DNA of 64,000 bases, from contig NW_008246073.1 in the NCBI RefSeq assembly GCF_000281045.1, positions 187,495 to 251,494 on the forward strand. The letters are read 5' to 3'. Shown here piece by piece: positions 34,170 through 46,079 of the stretch. This DNA is from Saprolegnia diclina VS20 (lineage: Eukaryota). The position numbers and the translations under genes were made by a program. Every line of letters begins with the position of its first letter. The first letter of the stretch is position 1. The notes below the pieces were generated by a model that ran no database searches, was not told the origin of the DNA, and saw nothing but the letters and a program-made list of their open reading frames with translations.

Positions 34170-35999
34170 ATGCCCCGACCGGCAAGCAACGTTTGGATCC
34201 ACTTCCGGCGCGATGAAGTCGGGAAGCGGGCCATCTGCAAGTACTGCCACCACAACATGGTGAGCCTCGTCACGCGCATGCGCCACCACCTCGCCAAGCG
34301 CTGCACGGACGTCCCGCCCTCGATCCGCGCCGACATCATCTCGGGCGAGGAGGCGCTCGGCGCCGCCAAGCAAGCCTCGGCCATGGGCCTGCACGCGGCC
34401 GACGCGCTGAGCCTCCACAATGCGCAGTTTGCAAACATGACGACGCAGTACAAGCCGGCCATGATGAAGCGCGATGCGCCGCCGGCGCTCTCGGACGCGA
34501 AGAACAAGAAGCCGCGCAAGGCGCTGCCGCCCGCAAGCAACCCGGCGCTCGAGCGCCACGACATGCAAAGCTATTTGGCCAAAGCGATTTTTGGTGCTGG
34601 CTTGCCGGTCTCGGTCATTGACCACCCGTGCTTTACGGGCCTCATGAAGCGCATGTACCCGCTGTACCAGAGCCCGGGCAATGCGGTCTTGACAACGACG
34701 CTCCTCGACAACGAATTCCATGCCATGTCGTCGCAGGTGCGCGCTGACGTGGCCGAGACCGCCTTTCTCTGCCTCGGTGTCGAGAGCTGGTCGTTTGCGA
34801 GCAACCGGTCGGTCATCTCGTACTCGGTGCACTCCCCGAATCCGGCCGTGTACGCGATTGAAAACACGCGCGAAGCTCCCCACGTACCCATGATGCTTCT
34901 CGAGCACATGGAGGCTACGATCAACGCGATTGGCATCGAGAAGGTCGCCACGATCGTCGCCGACACGAGCGTCAACATGAAGCAAGCGTGTGACATGCTG
35001 CACGCAAAGTTCACACACCTCACAATCCTGCCATCGTGCGCCCACGCCATGGAGGCGCTCGTCGCCGAAGTGCTCTCGCTGCCCACCTTCCAGCCGCTGC
35101 TACGGGTCTGTACGACGGTAGCCACCTTTATCACGTCCAACCACGTGCCCCGTGCGAGCTTCACCCGCGTCGCCTCCGACATGCACCTCGACTCGTTTGG
35201 CCTGGTCACCGCCGGCGCCGACCCGGCCTCGCTCCTCGCGTGTGTCTACAGCATTGAGAAGCACCGCCACATCTTCGAGATGCTCCTCGGCGAAGACCTC
35301 GGCGCGCTCGACGGGTTGGAAGAGACGGTCAAGGAGAAGCTACTCACGCTCTCGTGGTGGGCCCAGCTGGCGCAGTTCAAGGGCCTCCTCTCGCCGTTCG
35401 TCGACGTACTTGCGGTCTTTGACGACGACTACCCGTCGCTGAGCACGTTCTACCACGCGTTCACGCTGCTCTGGACGCATCTGCAGACGCACCCGTCCGT
35501 GCCGCTGGACGTGACGCGCGTCGTCAACAAGCACTGGCACGCAATGCGCCATCCTGCCATGTACACGGCGTACTTGCTTGACCCGCGCTTCCCGCCCTCG
35601 TCGCTCGGCAACGACGAGACGAACGAAGCATTTGCGTTCCTCAAGCAGCTCTCGTCGCCAGCGATGTTTTCGAGCTTGATCTCGGAGCTCACGCGCTACA
35701 CGGGCCGCGTCGGCGTCTTTGCCGACGATGCGGTGTGGGCGTCGGCCAAAGAGTGCTCGCCATTGCACTGGTGGAAGGGCTTCATCGGGAGTTCGTGCCC
35801 GAACCTCCAAGCCATTGCGATCCGCGTGCTCTGCTTTCCGGCCACGTCGGGCATTACGCACGAGAAGCGCGTCGTTTTGGACCGCATCCACATGCAGAAC
35901 CGGCACTTGATGAACGAGGAGCAAGCGTGCAAGGCGGCGTTTGTCTACCTCAACTCGAACGTCGGCGCGCGCCCGGTCGGCGACACAATCTTTTTGTAG
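34170..35999 (+). CDS. hAT transposase-derived protein (BED zinc finger + DUF659-like + hATC dimerisation), probably domesticated
   Basis: VWIHF..AICKYC..RMRHHL..C BED finger; IVADTSVNM; AYLLDPRF; PLHWW..PNLQAIAIRVL..PATS. No terminal inverted repeats seen. Confidence 0.85.
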   Translation: MPRPASNVWIHFRRDEVGKRAICKYCHHNMVSLVTRMRHHLAKRCTDVPPSIRADIISGEEALGAAKQASAMGLHAADALSLHNAQFANMTTQYKPAMMKRDAPPALSDAKNKKPRKALPPASNPALERHDMQSYLAKAIFGAGLPVSVIDHPCFTGLMKRMYPLYQSPGNAVLTTTLLDNEFHAMSSQVRADVAETAFLCLGVESWSFASNRSVISYSVHSPNPAVYAIENTREAPHVPMMLLEHMEATINAIGIEKVATIVADTSVNMKQACDMLHAKFTHLTILPSCAHAMEALVAEVLSLPTFQPLLRVCTTVATFITSNHVPRASFTRVASDMHLDSFGLVTAGADPASLLACVYSIEKHRHIFEMLLGEDLGALDGLEETVKEKLLTLSWWAQLAQFKGLLSPFVDVLAVFDDDYPSLSTFYHAFTLLWTHLQTHPSVPLDVTRVVNKHWHAMRHPAMYTAYLLDPRFPPSSLGNDETNEAFAFLKQLSSPAMFSSLISELTRYTGRVGVFADDAVWASAKECSPLHWWKGFIGSSCPNLQAIAIRVLCFPATSGITHEKRVVLDRIHMQNRHLMNEEQACKAAFVYLNSNVGARPVGDTIFL

Positions 36000-36558
36000 T
36001 TTCTAGTAACCTGTTTATACACGCCATTGCAATAATCTTATCGTAGTACTAGGTAGTGTGGACCGAAGATGAAGTCTGACGGCAAAGATGGCCATGTGCT
36101 ATGGCACACGTCGGGTTGTGCTCGATCTCAAGATTTGTCCTCCCGCTCGGGCTGTAGAGAATGCGCCGTACGCTCTGTCGGTAACTACACCACTGGGCGA
36201 CGATGCCGCGCTCTAAATACTAGGCTACTTGTCCAGAAACGCTAATGACAATTCAACTTTACTAGTGCATACTAGGGAATGCTGGACATGGTATGGTGTT
36301 GGTGGCGAATCGCGATCCGCCTCTGGTTTATGCAGCGCTCTTTTGGCAGCGTCAACTCTACTTGCTGGCAGCAAGGCAACATGGCGACCACTGCACTGCT
36401 CCCGTACGAGTGCGACTGCACATGATCGCGTAATTTCTTTCGCAGTTTGAGTTTGGCTGGAGTGGGTTCGGGTGATGCCATCGTGCGACGACACGCTGCC
36501 ACGTCATGGACCGGGAGTTACAGCGTTGTAAGTTTTTTGTTTATTGTGGAGTCTTGAG

Positions 36559-38798
36559 ATGATACCGCCGTGTAGTGTACGGTACGAAGAGACGCTCGCC
36601 GAGATCGCGCGTCTCGACGTGCAGCTCCAGACGCTCGAGACGTGTTCGCACAACAAGCTCGGCGAGTTTGCGCGGCCGCTCACCATCAAAATGGCTGGCG
36701 CATGGCGCGTCGACACGTCGACTCTATCGCCGACGCACGTATCGATTGGCCACCTCTACGACGCGTCGGGCATGACGCTCTACGAGCGCTTCTTGCGCGC
36801 GCACATGCGGCTCGTGGCCCTGAGCGCGCTCGTGTACGGCACCGAATCTGTCGCCGTCGTGCGCGCGACGCTCGCACTCGCGACGAGCTACCTCCGCGCC
36901 GGTCTCTGGAAACAGTGCGCCGAGCACGCGCAGGCCGCCGACGCCTTGCTGCAGCGCCTCGCGCCGCAAGCATCGCAGCCGACCGAGAGTATCTCGACGC
37001 GTCAGATGGACGGCCAACTCCAAGCGGCCTTTGCGCTCTTCCGCGCCCTCGACGTCAATGGCGACGGCGTTGTCTCGCGTCACGAGCTGCTGACGGCGCT
37101 TGCGACCAATGATTTCTTCACGCGGCTCCGGGCCAAAGCGCACACGCTGCCGAATGCCTTTGGCGCGCTGCTCGACCCGACACAGCTCGATGCTGTCTTT
37201 AGCGCGGTCGATGCCGACAACAGCGGCTCGATCCAGTGGCGCGAAGTCGTTCGGTACACGCCTTGACGATCGCCCATGCGCTGCAGGCTTCAAGTAGGTA
37301 CTTGCACGGCCACGACAAGGCGTTTCAAGGCTACTGCGCCCAGCTCGAGAGGGCCTTGCCGCCGAGCCTCGTCGCTGCGCTGCACCAAGCCTATCACGGT
37401 GTTGAGAGCGATGCGACCCGCACTCGCATCGCGGAAGCGCTCAGTCTCGAAAGTGATTGTCACACGAGCCTCGTTGCCGACTATCTCCGACACCATGAAG
37501 ACGAAGACGAGAATCCTGACGAGCGCGTCGTCACGTGGCCCGAAGTCCTCGAGATCGCGTGTCGATCTCAGCGCGCTTCCATGTTTACGGGCTTGCGACC
37601 TCGCATCGCGCTACTTCTCGGCCGGTACGACCTAGCTCCAACAGATCGCGAATCCAAAATCGGACTAGATGCCACATGAAGCGCGGCCAAATCGAGGATG
37701 CGACGGCCTGTCTTCGAAAGGCTGTGGACGAAGCCCAGGCGACGCTCGGTCCCGAGCACCATAGCATGGTGGAATACTATGTCGCCCTTGCTGACGTCCT
37801 CGTCCTTCGACACACGCAGGCGCTGCAGGTCGCCAAAGACTTGGCCGCCACCCGCTTTGACAAGTGGCTCTCCACGCCCGAAGGCGCACAGCGCATCCGC
37901 ACCGAGGCCATCAAGCTGCTCAACGACGCCAACGAGGCCAAACAAAAGCTACCGACCAAGCGCGACGCCGAGGCGGAGGCCCGACGGTACCTCCAATCGC
38001 TCCACGATCGGCGCGAGGCCCAGCGCAAACCGGACTCGACACCGTTTCTCGACGAAGCCACAGAGCTGTGCACCAAGGTGTGGTCCATGGAACAGACCCA
38101 GTACGTCCATATGCACTCTACCAACACCACGCACCGTCGTTAGATATGGCAACGAGCACGTCCACGCGGCGATTGCATTGGCGGGGCTCGGGAACGTCTA
38201 CATTGTCCGCGACGACCCGACGACCGCCGTGACGTACTTTTCCCAAGCGATCGCAGCGTTCGAAGCCGCTTGCCACGGCAGTGTCCCCGCCGCCGCCTTT
38301 CTGCGCATGCATGTCGCCAAGGTCTACGTCCACATGAAGAAGAGCGCCGAGGCTGTGGACCTTCTTCAAGAAGCGGCGACCTTCTTCACATCGCACGCCG
38401 CCAAGTTTCTGGATGCCGACACAACGCGGCGCGACTGCGCGGCCAACGCCATTGATGCGTGGCAGGGCTGGCTCGACCTTGCAGCGTACGAGAGCCCCGA
38501 AGTTGTCCACGGTGTCTACCTAGGCATTGTGGAGGCCGCCACGATCGGGTACGGCGAGTTCAGCCTCGAAGTCGCCGACGCACAGATGAATTTGGGCCAC
38601 TACTTGCTCAAGCAGCGCCGGGAGCTGCATGGCGATGGCGAAGTCGCGCTCGAGGCGGCGTGTTACATTCTCGAGGTTCACCACGGCCTCCACGACAAGC
38701 GTGTCCGGCGGCTCAAGCAAGAAGTACACGCAGCCGCGGCCAAGCGCAAGCACGGCGACGACTCGCCCGAGTCGCACGACACGTCGTGGCTCTTGTAG
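36559..38798 (+). CDS. TPR + EF-hand protein, TTC23-like (multi-exon; start uncertain)
   Basis: EF-hands DVNGDGVVSRHE and DADNSGSIQWRE; RLVALSALVYG...LALATSYL..LWKQCAEHA resembles the TTC23 N-terminus; kinesin-light-chain-type TPRs (LGPEH, YGNEH). Confidence 0.7.
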
Positions 38799-39304
38799 AA
38801 AAAAGAAGTAGCGTTCGTATTGTACGTGCTTGGGAACATGACACGCGCGAGTATACGAGTTTGGCGTTGACGGGATCCACGGCGTCCAGAACTGAGCGCG
38901 ACAACGGCCGCCACAAGTGACCTTGAGGCGCTTGAGATCATAAAGGAGCCGTGTTCTTGTCCATGCGTCAAGTAGAGCGTTGCCGACGACCACACCGCGT
39001 CACACTCGGGACACTTCGCCATACGCGAGCGACAACACCCGGAACGATGTACACGCGCTTGCCTCGCCCATCACCGTACAAGGTAGTCGATATCACCTTG
39101 CTCTTGGCAGCGCTACGGCAGAACGACAAGGAAGTGAAATCTCATCGCTGCTGCTATGCTAACGTTACTCGCTCGCAATACGTGGCACGCTGCCCGGACG
39201 TCCGCATACCACTCGAATTTTAGCTCAAGATTTTCGAAACCGGCAAGCCCGGTGGTTTCCAAACGCCAGTGACCGTCGAGTGCTGCAGGACGCACGCCAG
39301 TAGC

Positions 39305-42300
39305 ATGACGGCCCATACGCAAGGCTCTCGCCTCGACCGCCGTCTCTCGCTGCGCGCCCGCAACGACTTCCCCGACAACCGCGTGCGCACGTCCAAGTAC
39401 ACGCTCGCGTCGTTCCTTCCGCTCAACCTCCTCGAGCAGTTCCGGCGCGTCGCCAACGTCTACTTTCTCCTGATCTCGCTCCTCCAGCTCTGCACGCCAT
39501 ACTCGCCGACGAACCCGTATGCGACGCTCGCGCCCTTCCTGCTCGTGCTGCTCGTGACCATGGTCAAGGAAGGCGTCGAGGACAAGGCCCGGCACGATGC
39601 CGACGCGCTCGTCAACACGAGTCGCACGCTGCGCCTCGGCGACGACGATACGTTTGCACCAGTGCTCTGGCGCGACGTGCGTGTCGGCGACATGCTCATG
39701 GTACGCATTAACGAGGTGTTTCCAGCGGATCTATTGCTCTTGGCGTCGAGCCACGACGACCGCGAAGCGTACATTGACACGAGCAACCTCGACGGCGAGT
39801 CGACGGCCAAGGTCCGGCATGTGCCGCACATGAATGCGAGTGTCTTGCAGGACGTCAATGCGTATGGGAAAGCGGTCATGGCCGACGTGCGCTGCCACCC
39901 GCCGACGCCAGCCTTGTCTCGATTCGACGGCGTCTTGCAGCTGCGTGCAAACGACGTGGCCGAAGATATCCCATTCACGAGCCATCATGTGTGTCTCCGC
40001 GCGACGCGCTTGGTCAACACCGCCCACGTTGTCGGCGCCGTCCTCGCGACGGGCCATGACACCAAGCTCATGCAAAACCATCGCACAATGCTCCGGAAAC
40101 GCAGCCACCTCGACGTCCTTGCCAACAAGTGTGTGCTCGTGGTGTTCCTCCTTCTCTTGCTCCTCAACACGATCAGCGCGATCAAAGGGTACTTTTGGCA
40201 GGCGAATGCCATGCCGCCGTATTTGCACTTGGACGGACCACCGTCGGCGACGACCTTTGCGACGCTTTGGGTGACGTACCTTATCCTGTACAACAACATG
40301 GTATGTTGCCGAGATGCAAAAGTAGACAGGTTGAGTACATGCTCATTCGTAGGTACCGATTTCGCTCTACATTAGCCTTGAAATCGTCAAGTGGTATCAA
40401 GCCAAACACATGGAGCAGGACGCGGCCATGGTACGTCTGCTTCCGTGTCGTATCGTGCACAAGGGAGGAATGGAACGTAGACGTGTCCACGGACGGGCCA
40501 AGGCCTGCTCGCACGCACGTCCAATCTCAACGAAGACCTCGGGCGAGTGCACTATATCTTTACCGACAAGACGGGCACACTCACCAAGAACGAGATGGTA
40601 CTGCGGAAGCTCAGTGTCAGCGGCCAAATCGTCGACTGCCAGGTACAGGACAAGTGCCAACTTTGAAACATATGTTTTGCTTGGTGTAGGGTACCGGCAA
40701 GCGAGGCGGCGCGATCGACCCGAACCGGCTCGTCGAACTCGCCTTGCTGCAGCGTCACCAGCATGGCACGTTGATTCGCGAGTTCTTTCGTTGCCTTTTG
40801 CTGTGCCACAGCGCTCGCATTGGCAGCGACGGCACCGTGTCGGCCACGTCACCGGACGAAGTTGCGCTGCTCGCCGCCGCCAGCGACTTTGACTGCGCGT
40901 TTGACGGCGTTTCGAGCAACCGCATCCAGATCGTCCTCTTTGGACAGCAAGAAACCTACACGCTCCTTGCTTGCAACGCGTTTGATAGTTTGCGCAAGTG
41001 CATGTCGGTGCTCGTACAGCGCGACTCGACCGGTACGCGTCTCGGATCGCGTCCTGGAACTAGATGCTTTCTTAGACGAGTATTGGCTCTACTGCAAGGG
41101 CGCGGACAACGCGCTCCTCCACCCGAGCAACGCAACCCGGGCTCGCCAAGACGTCGAGACGCACATTCGGTCGTTTGCATGCCTCGGCCTCCGAACGCTT
41201 GTGTTTGGCCGACAGCAACTCGACGCAAAAGCAGCCAGGGCGTGGCTCGATGCCTACGCCGTCGCCCAGGTGGCGGTTCATGACCGCGAACACAGCTTGC
41301 ACGTGCTTGCGACGACGATCGAAGCGAGCGAGCGCATGGAAATCCTCGGCGGTTCGGGGGTCGAAGACAAACTACAGGACGGCGTCTACGCAGCCACATC
41401 GCTACTGACCAAAGCCGGCATTCGTGTGTGGATGCTCACCGGCGACAAGGACGAGACTGCGGTTGCCCTTGCCCACGCCGCAGGTCTTCTTTCGACCAAG
41501 TCCCTTGTGCTGCCGCTCTGTGACGGCGCCGACCAAATCGCCGTGCATCGTAAACAGCTCAAGCGCGACGGCCTCTGGCACCCCGGCACTGTCAACCCCG
41601 CGCTGTCGGTGCTGCTGGGCGGTGCGTCACTCGACCAGCTCCTCACGGTGCACTGCCTCCAGCAACCCACACGCACCAACCAAATTGCACCGCTCACGGC
41701 CCACGCCTCTCAACTCTTTGAGCTCCTAAGCCAGTGCCAGACCGTCGTCGCGTCCCGACTCTCGCCGCTCCAAAAAGCTAACCTTGTCCGCTTTGTAAAA
41801 GCCCACAGCCACGACGAGTGCATCACGCTTGCGATCGGCGACGGTGGCAACGACGTGTCCATGATCCAAGAAGCACATGTTGGTGTCGGGATCTTTGGCG
41901 TCGAAGGTACGCCGACTATACGCTAGAATGATGCAATGTTGGGGTTAGGGTTGCAGGCGGTGCGGTCGGCGGACTTTGGCCTGGCCCAATTTCGATTCCT
42001 CAGCACGCTGCTGCTATTGCATGGCCGATGGAACTGCCGCCGAATCACGCTCCTCATCTTGCTGACGTTCTACAAGAACACGCTGTTGGTGGCGACCTTT
42101 TTCCTCTACTCGTTTCTGACGGGGTTTTCCGGTCAAACGCCGTTCGACTCGTACTTGCTCGTGGGCTGGAACGTGCTCTACACGTGCCTCCCGCTGTTTG
42201 TGATTGGGATTCTCGACAAGGACCTCTGCGGCCCGACGCTGCATCTGCACCCTCGCATTTACCTCGACGAGCCAGATTCGTCCACTCTGAATCTCAAAAC

Positions 42301-43787
42301 GCTCTTGCTCTGGATGGTCTCGGCCGTGCTTGAGGCCCTTGCCAACGTCGTGTTCATTTCGTGGTCGCTCGGGTATTCTGGCGCGAGCTTGGCGCTTCTT
42401 GGCACCGTCTTGTACGCCTCGTCGGTGCTCATCGTGCTCGTGAAAGCTGCTGCGTGCATGCAGCGGCTGCAGCGGTGGCGACACTGGCACATACTCTCGC
42501 TCGTGCTGAGCGCCGCCTGCCTCGTCTTGTTCATTGCCGTCTACGAAGAGCTGTACGCGGTTGTCGGTACCACGAGCGCGCTGCGCGACTTCTACCACCT
42601 CTTTTACAAAGCCGAGACGGGCTTGGTCGCGCTCGCGCTGGTCCTTGCGTCGACGGGTAGCCTTGTGCTGCAAGCCGCATGGTACAGCTTTCAGCGGCTG
42701 TACTGGTACTCGAACCGCGATGTTCTCGCTGAAGTCGACGCGGGCCTCACGGTGGCTGCGTCGTCGCGGCCCCGGGCCACCGTCGGGTACATCTCGAACG
42801 AAAAAAAGTCATCGGCGTGCACCAAGCACCTCTCGACCGACTTCAAGGCGTGGGTTGACACGTTTCGATCGCCCGATATGACGTCCGACTGCGACGTCCT
42901 CATCTCGCAGCTCCGCGGGTGCCGGCTCCAAACCCAGCACAACGAAGTCGACGAAGACACGACAGCTGTCGTCGATAACGTTGATGTGACGCTCCACCCG
43001 TTCTCGCTGGCCTTTCTTGGCAAGCGCAGCGCCGTCCTCGAGGCCGAGTACGCGTCGGCGTTTCGGTCCCGCGAGGTCGTGCGCATTCGGCGGGTCGTCG
43101 CGCTCGCCGCATTTCTCTTCCTTCTCAACGTTCTCGTGCAGTACTTTGTCGGCAGTGCAACGAGCTTGTACGTTGGCTCGCGCATCTTGCTGCTCCTCTG
43201 TGCGCTCGCCTACACGCGGTTTGCTTCGTCGCGATGGTTCCTTGCCCACTATGATCTCTGCGTGATCCTGCCCATGGCCGGCACCGGGCTCTTCATCTCG
43301 GCGACGATTACCGACCAAGGCTACGTCTCGTCGACGCTCTTTCCCATTGCGCTGTTTGCAGTGTTTCGCGTCCGGTTCACGTACGCGCTGTCGCTCGCGA
43401 TCGCGAATTACCTGGTCTACGTCTTGTTTGCGATCTCGCTGCCGTCAACGTCGGCCGCTGGTCTCGGGTATTTCACCGGGTACATTGGCCTTCTCATGGC
43501 ATTTGCGGCCCACGGCTGCTGGCGGGTGCAGGTCGCCATGCGCCATGATTTCCTGCAACACCGATCGCTCGCCATGGAAGAGAAACGTGCGCGCGCGATC
43601 CTCGAGCACATGCTGCCACGTCATGTCATGGCCAAACTGCAAAGTGGCGACCCAATCATCTCCGAGGCCGACGACGACGTGACCATTCTATTTTGTGACG
43701 TTGTCGACTTTACGCAGCTCATGCAACGCTACTCACCAGCGCAGGTCGTCTCGCTCCTCGACCACCTCTACTCGCTGTTTGACGAGG

Positions 43788-43835
<48 letters not shown>

Positions 43836-46004
43836 GATCTATCTATTCATCGATCAATCTATGTCAACGAGAACGACCATACTGACCCGTCTTGTCGAGT
43901 AGCTCTGCGCCAAGTACGGTGTTCAAAAGATGGAGACAGTCGGCAAGACGTACATGGCCTGCGCGGGGCTCCAGGAAGCGTCGGCGTCGTTTCCCGTCGC
44001 GCCTGCGATCCGGGCCGCGTGCATGGCGCGCGACATGCTGCGCCTCCTCTCCACGTGCAAGACAGCAACAGGTCACAGCATCAAGCTTCGCATTGGTCTC
44101 CACTCGGGCCGCGTTCTGAGTGGTCTTGTTGGGCGCAAGAAGCAGCAATTCTCGCTCTTTGGCGATACCGTCAACACGGCGTCGCGCATGCAGAGCACCG
44201 GGGCGCCGGGTCACATCCAGCTCTCGAGTGCGACGCACCACAAGCTCCTCAAGGACTTTGCCTTTTCGTCACCGAGCCGCGTGCTCGTCAAAGGCAAGGG
44301 CGAAATGGAGACGTTCCTCCTCGGGCCGCCGATCAGCGACCGCGCCCGGTCGTGGGCCGAGCGGCCGGGCTCTGTCGCGTCACGCAGCCACGGCCTTCGG
44401 CGCCCCGAGCCGGTGTCGAGCATCGATGCCGGCATTTACGATGAAATGGCCGCGGAATTGCACCCGTTGTGGCTCTACTTTTACGATTACGAGATGGAGG
44501 CGACGTACGCCAAGGCCACCACCGGTATGCGCGAAGAAGCCACGTCTCGCTGCCTCTATGCGCTCGGCGTCTACCTCCTCTTCTCGATCTTTCGAGACGC
44601 ATCCCAAGGCGCGCTCGTGGGTGTTTACGGTCGTCTCTGGCTTCTCTTGGCACCACGGATGGTCGTCCTCATGCTCTTTGCGCTGAGTTTGCTGTTTGTG
44701 CCGTTCATGGCACAGCACGGCCTCGTGCCAACGTCGTGTCTCTGCCTTCTCGCGCTCGGGACGTTGCACGTCGTAGAGATTGCTCAGCGCGTCGCCACTG
44801 CCGATGCGTTTGCATGGCTCGCCCTCGACGTGGTCTTTGTCATGTTTGTCGTAAGCAGTGGCGGCGCGGTCCGGTACGCGTCGTCGATCGGCTTCAACGC
44901 GCTCGCGTGGGGGGGTATGGTGCCCATCACGATTGTCATGGGACTCTCGTCCGACGGCGGCTACGACACGTTGATCAACCCGGTGGTGCTCGTCTCGTTC
45001 ACAGCGATCGCCAACGTTGTCGTGTGCCGCGGCCTCGACTTCTTTACGCGCCGCAAGGTGTGGCTCGAGACGCAGACCAATATTCAAACGCGGACCGCGG
45101 ACCGCCTCTTGTACCAGCGGTTGCCCGAAGAAGTCGTCCAGCGCATGAAGCAAGGCGAGCTGGTTTGCGATGAATACCGCCTTGTGGGCATTCTCTACTC
45201 GGACATCAAGGGCTTCACGACACTCGCAGCGCGCACCGCCCCCGAAGACGTGATCCAGCTCCTCGACTCGCTCTTTGCCGCCTTTGACGTGCTCACAGAA
45301 AAGCACGGCGTCTTCAAGCTCCAGACGATCGGAGACGCCTACGTCATTGTCTCGGGCTTGCCCTTTATTGACATGAGTTTGACTGAAGAGAGCTTGCCAC
45401 CGAGTGCGACGCCGACGCCGCACCGGCGCATGTCGGCGCGCATGCAAGCCCACCGGGTCGCACAGCAGCTCGCATCGCTGCGCCGGAACAACGTGCATCT
45501 CAAGAAGCCGTGTCTGCACGTTCATCAGCACATTCGCAACCTCTTGCACATGGCGTTCGACATGCACAAGGAAGTCGCCAAGGTATGTCTTCAATCGAGT
45601 AGACAAGTTGTCGATTTTGCAACTAGATTCGCGATCCCGTGACCAACGAGCCGCTGCAAATGCGCATTGGCGTGCATCTTGGCAACCTCATTGGCGGCGT
45701 CATTGGCGACACCACGTTACGCTACGACATGTGGGGCTTGGATGCGATGCTGGCCAACACGCTTGAAAGCAACGGAGTCCCCGGGGGCGTCGTCGTCAGC
45801 GACGCTGTCAAGCGCGTGATCGACGAAGCCGGCGACGACTTTACCTGCGCCCACTACACCACGCTCGACGGCGGAATCGATGTCTACACGGTCGCTTGCC
45901 AAGAGGCAACAGAGGGCCGCGTGCGACGGCTGTCGTCGACAAGCCCCAAAAAGGGCATGCTCACGTCGGGCGTCGGGTCACCGTCCAAGCTCCGGAAACG
46001 CTAG
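39305..46004 (+). CDS. P4-ATPase (flippase)-guanylate cyclase fusion protein (multi-exon)
   Basis: [33 protein letters not shown] (40565), [25 protein letters not shown], then two TM clusters and two class III cyclase domains. ORF 41936-43885 joins the ATPase C-terminal TMs to cyclase C1 with no stop. Confidence 0.92.
43788..43835. repeat. (TATC)12 microsatellite inside intron 43787-43902
   Basis: Twelve perfect TATC units starting within the donor GT, with a degenerate tail to about 43862. Confidence 0.95.
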
Positions 46005-46079
46005 TCGCGCAGGGATATTGAGGAAAGATTCATTTGATGTTGTATCATCCAGCTTGGGCGTGGGGAGGATCGTGCGATC

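Noticed and set aside
34083..36060. Active hAT transposon
   Set aside because: Catalytic motifs are altered and no TIRs or TSDs were seen; treated as a domesticated gene.
43787..43800. U12-type intron donor (GTATC...)
   Set aside because: Reads GTATCTAT rather than GTATCCTT, and is explained by the microsatellite.
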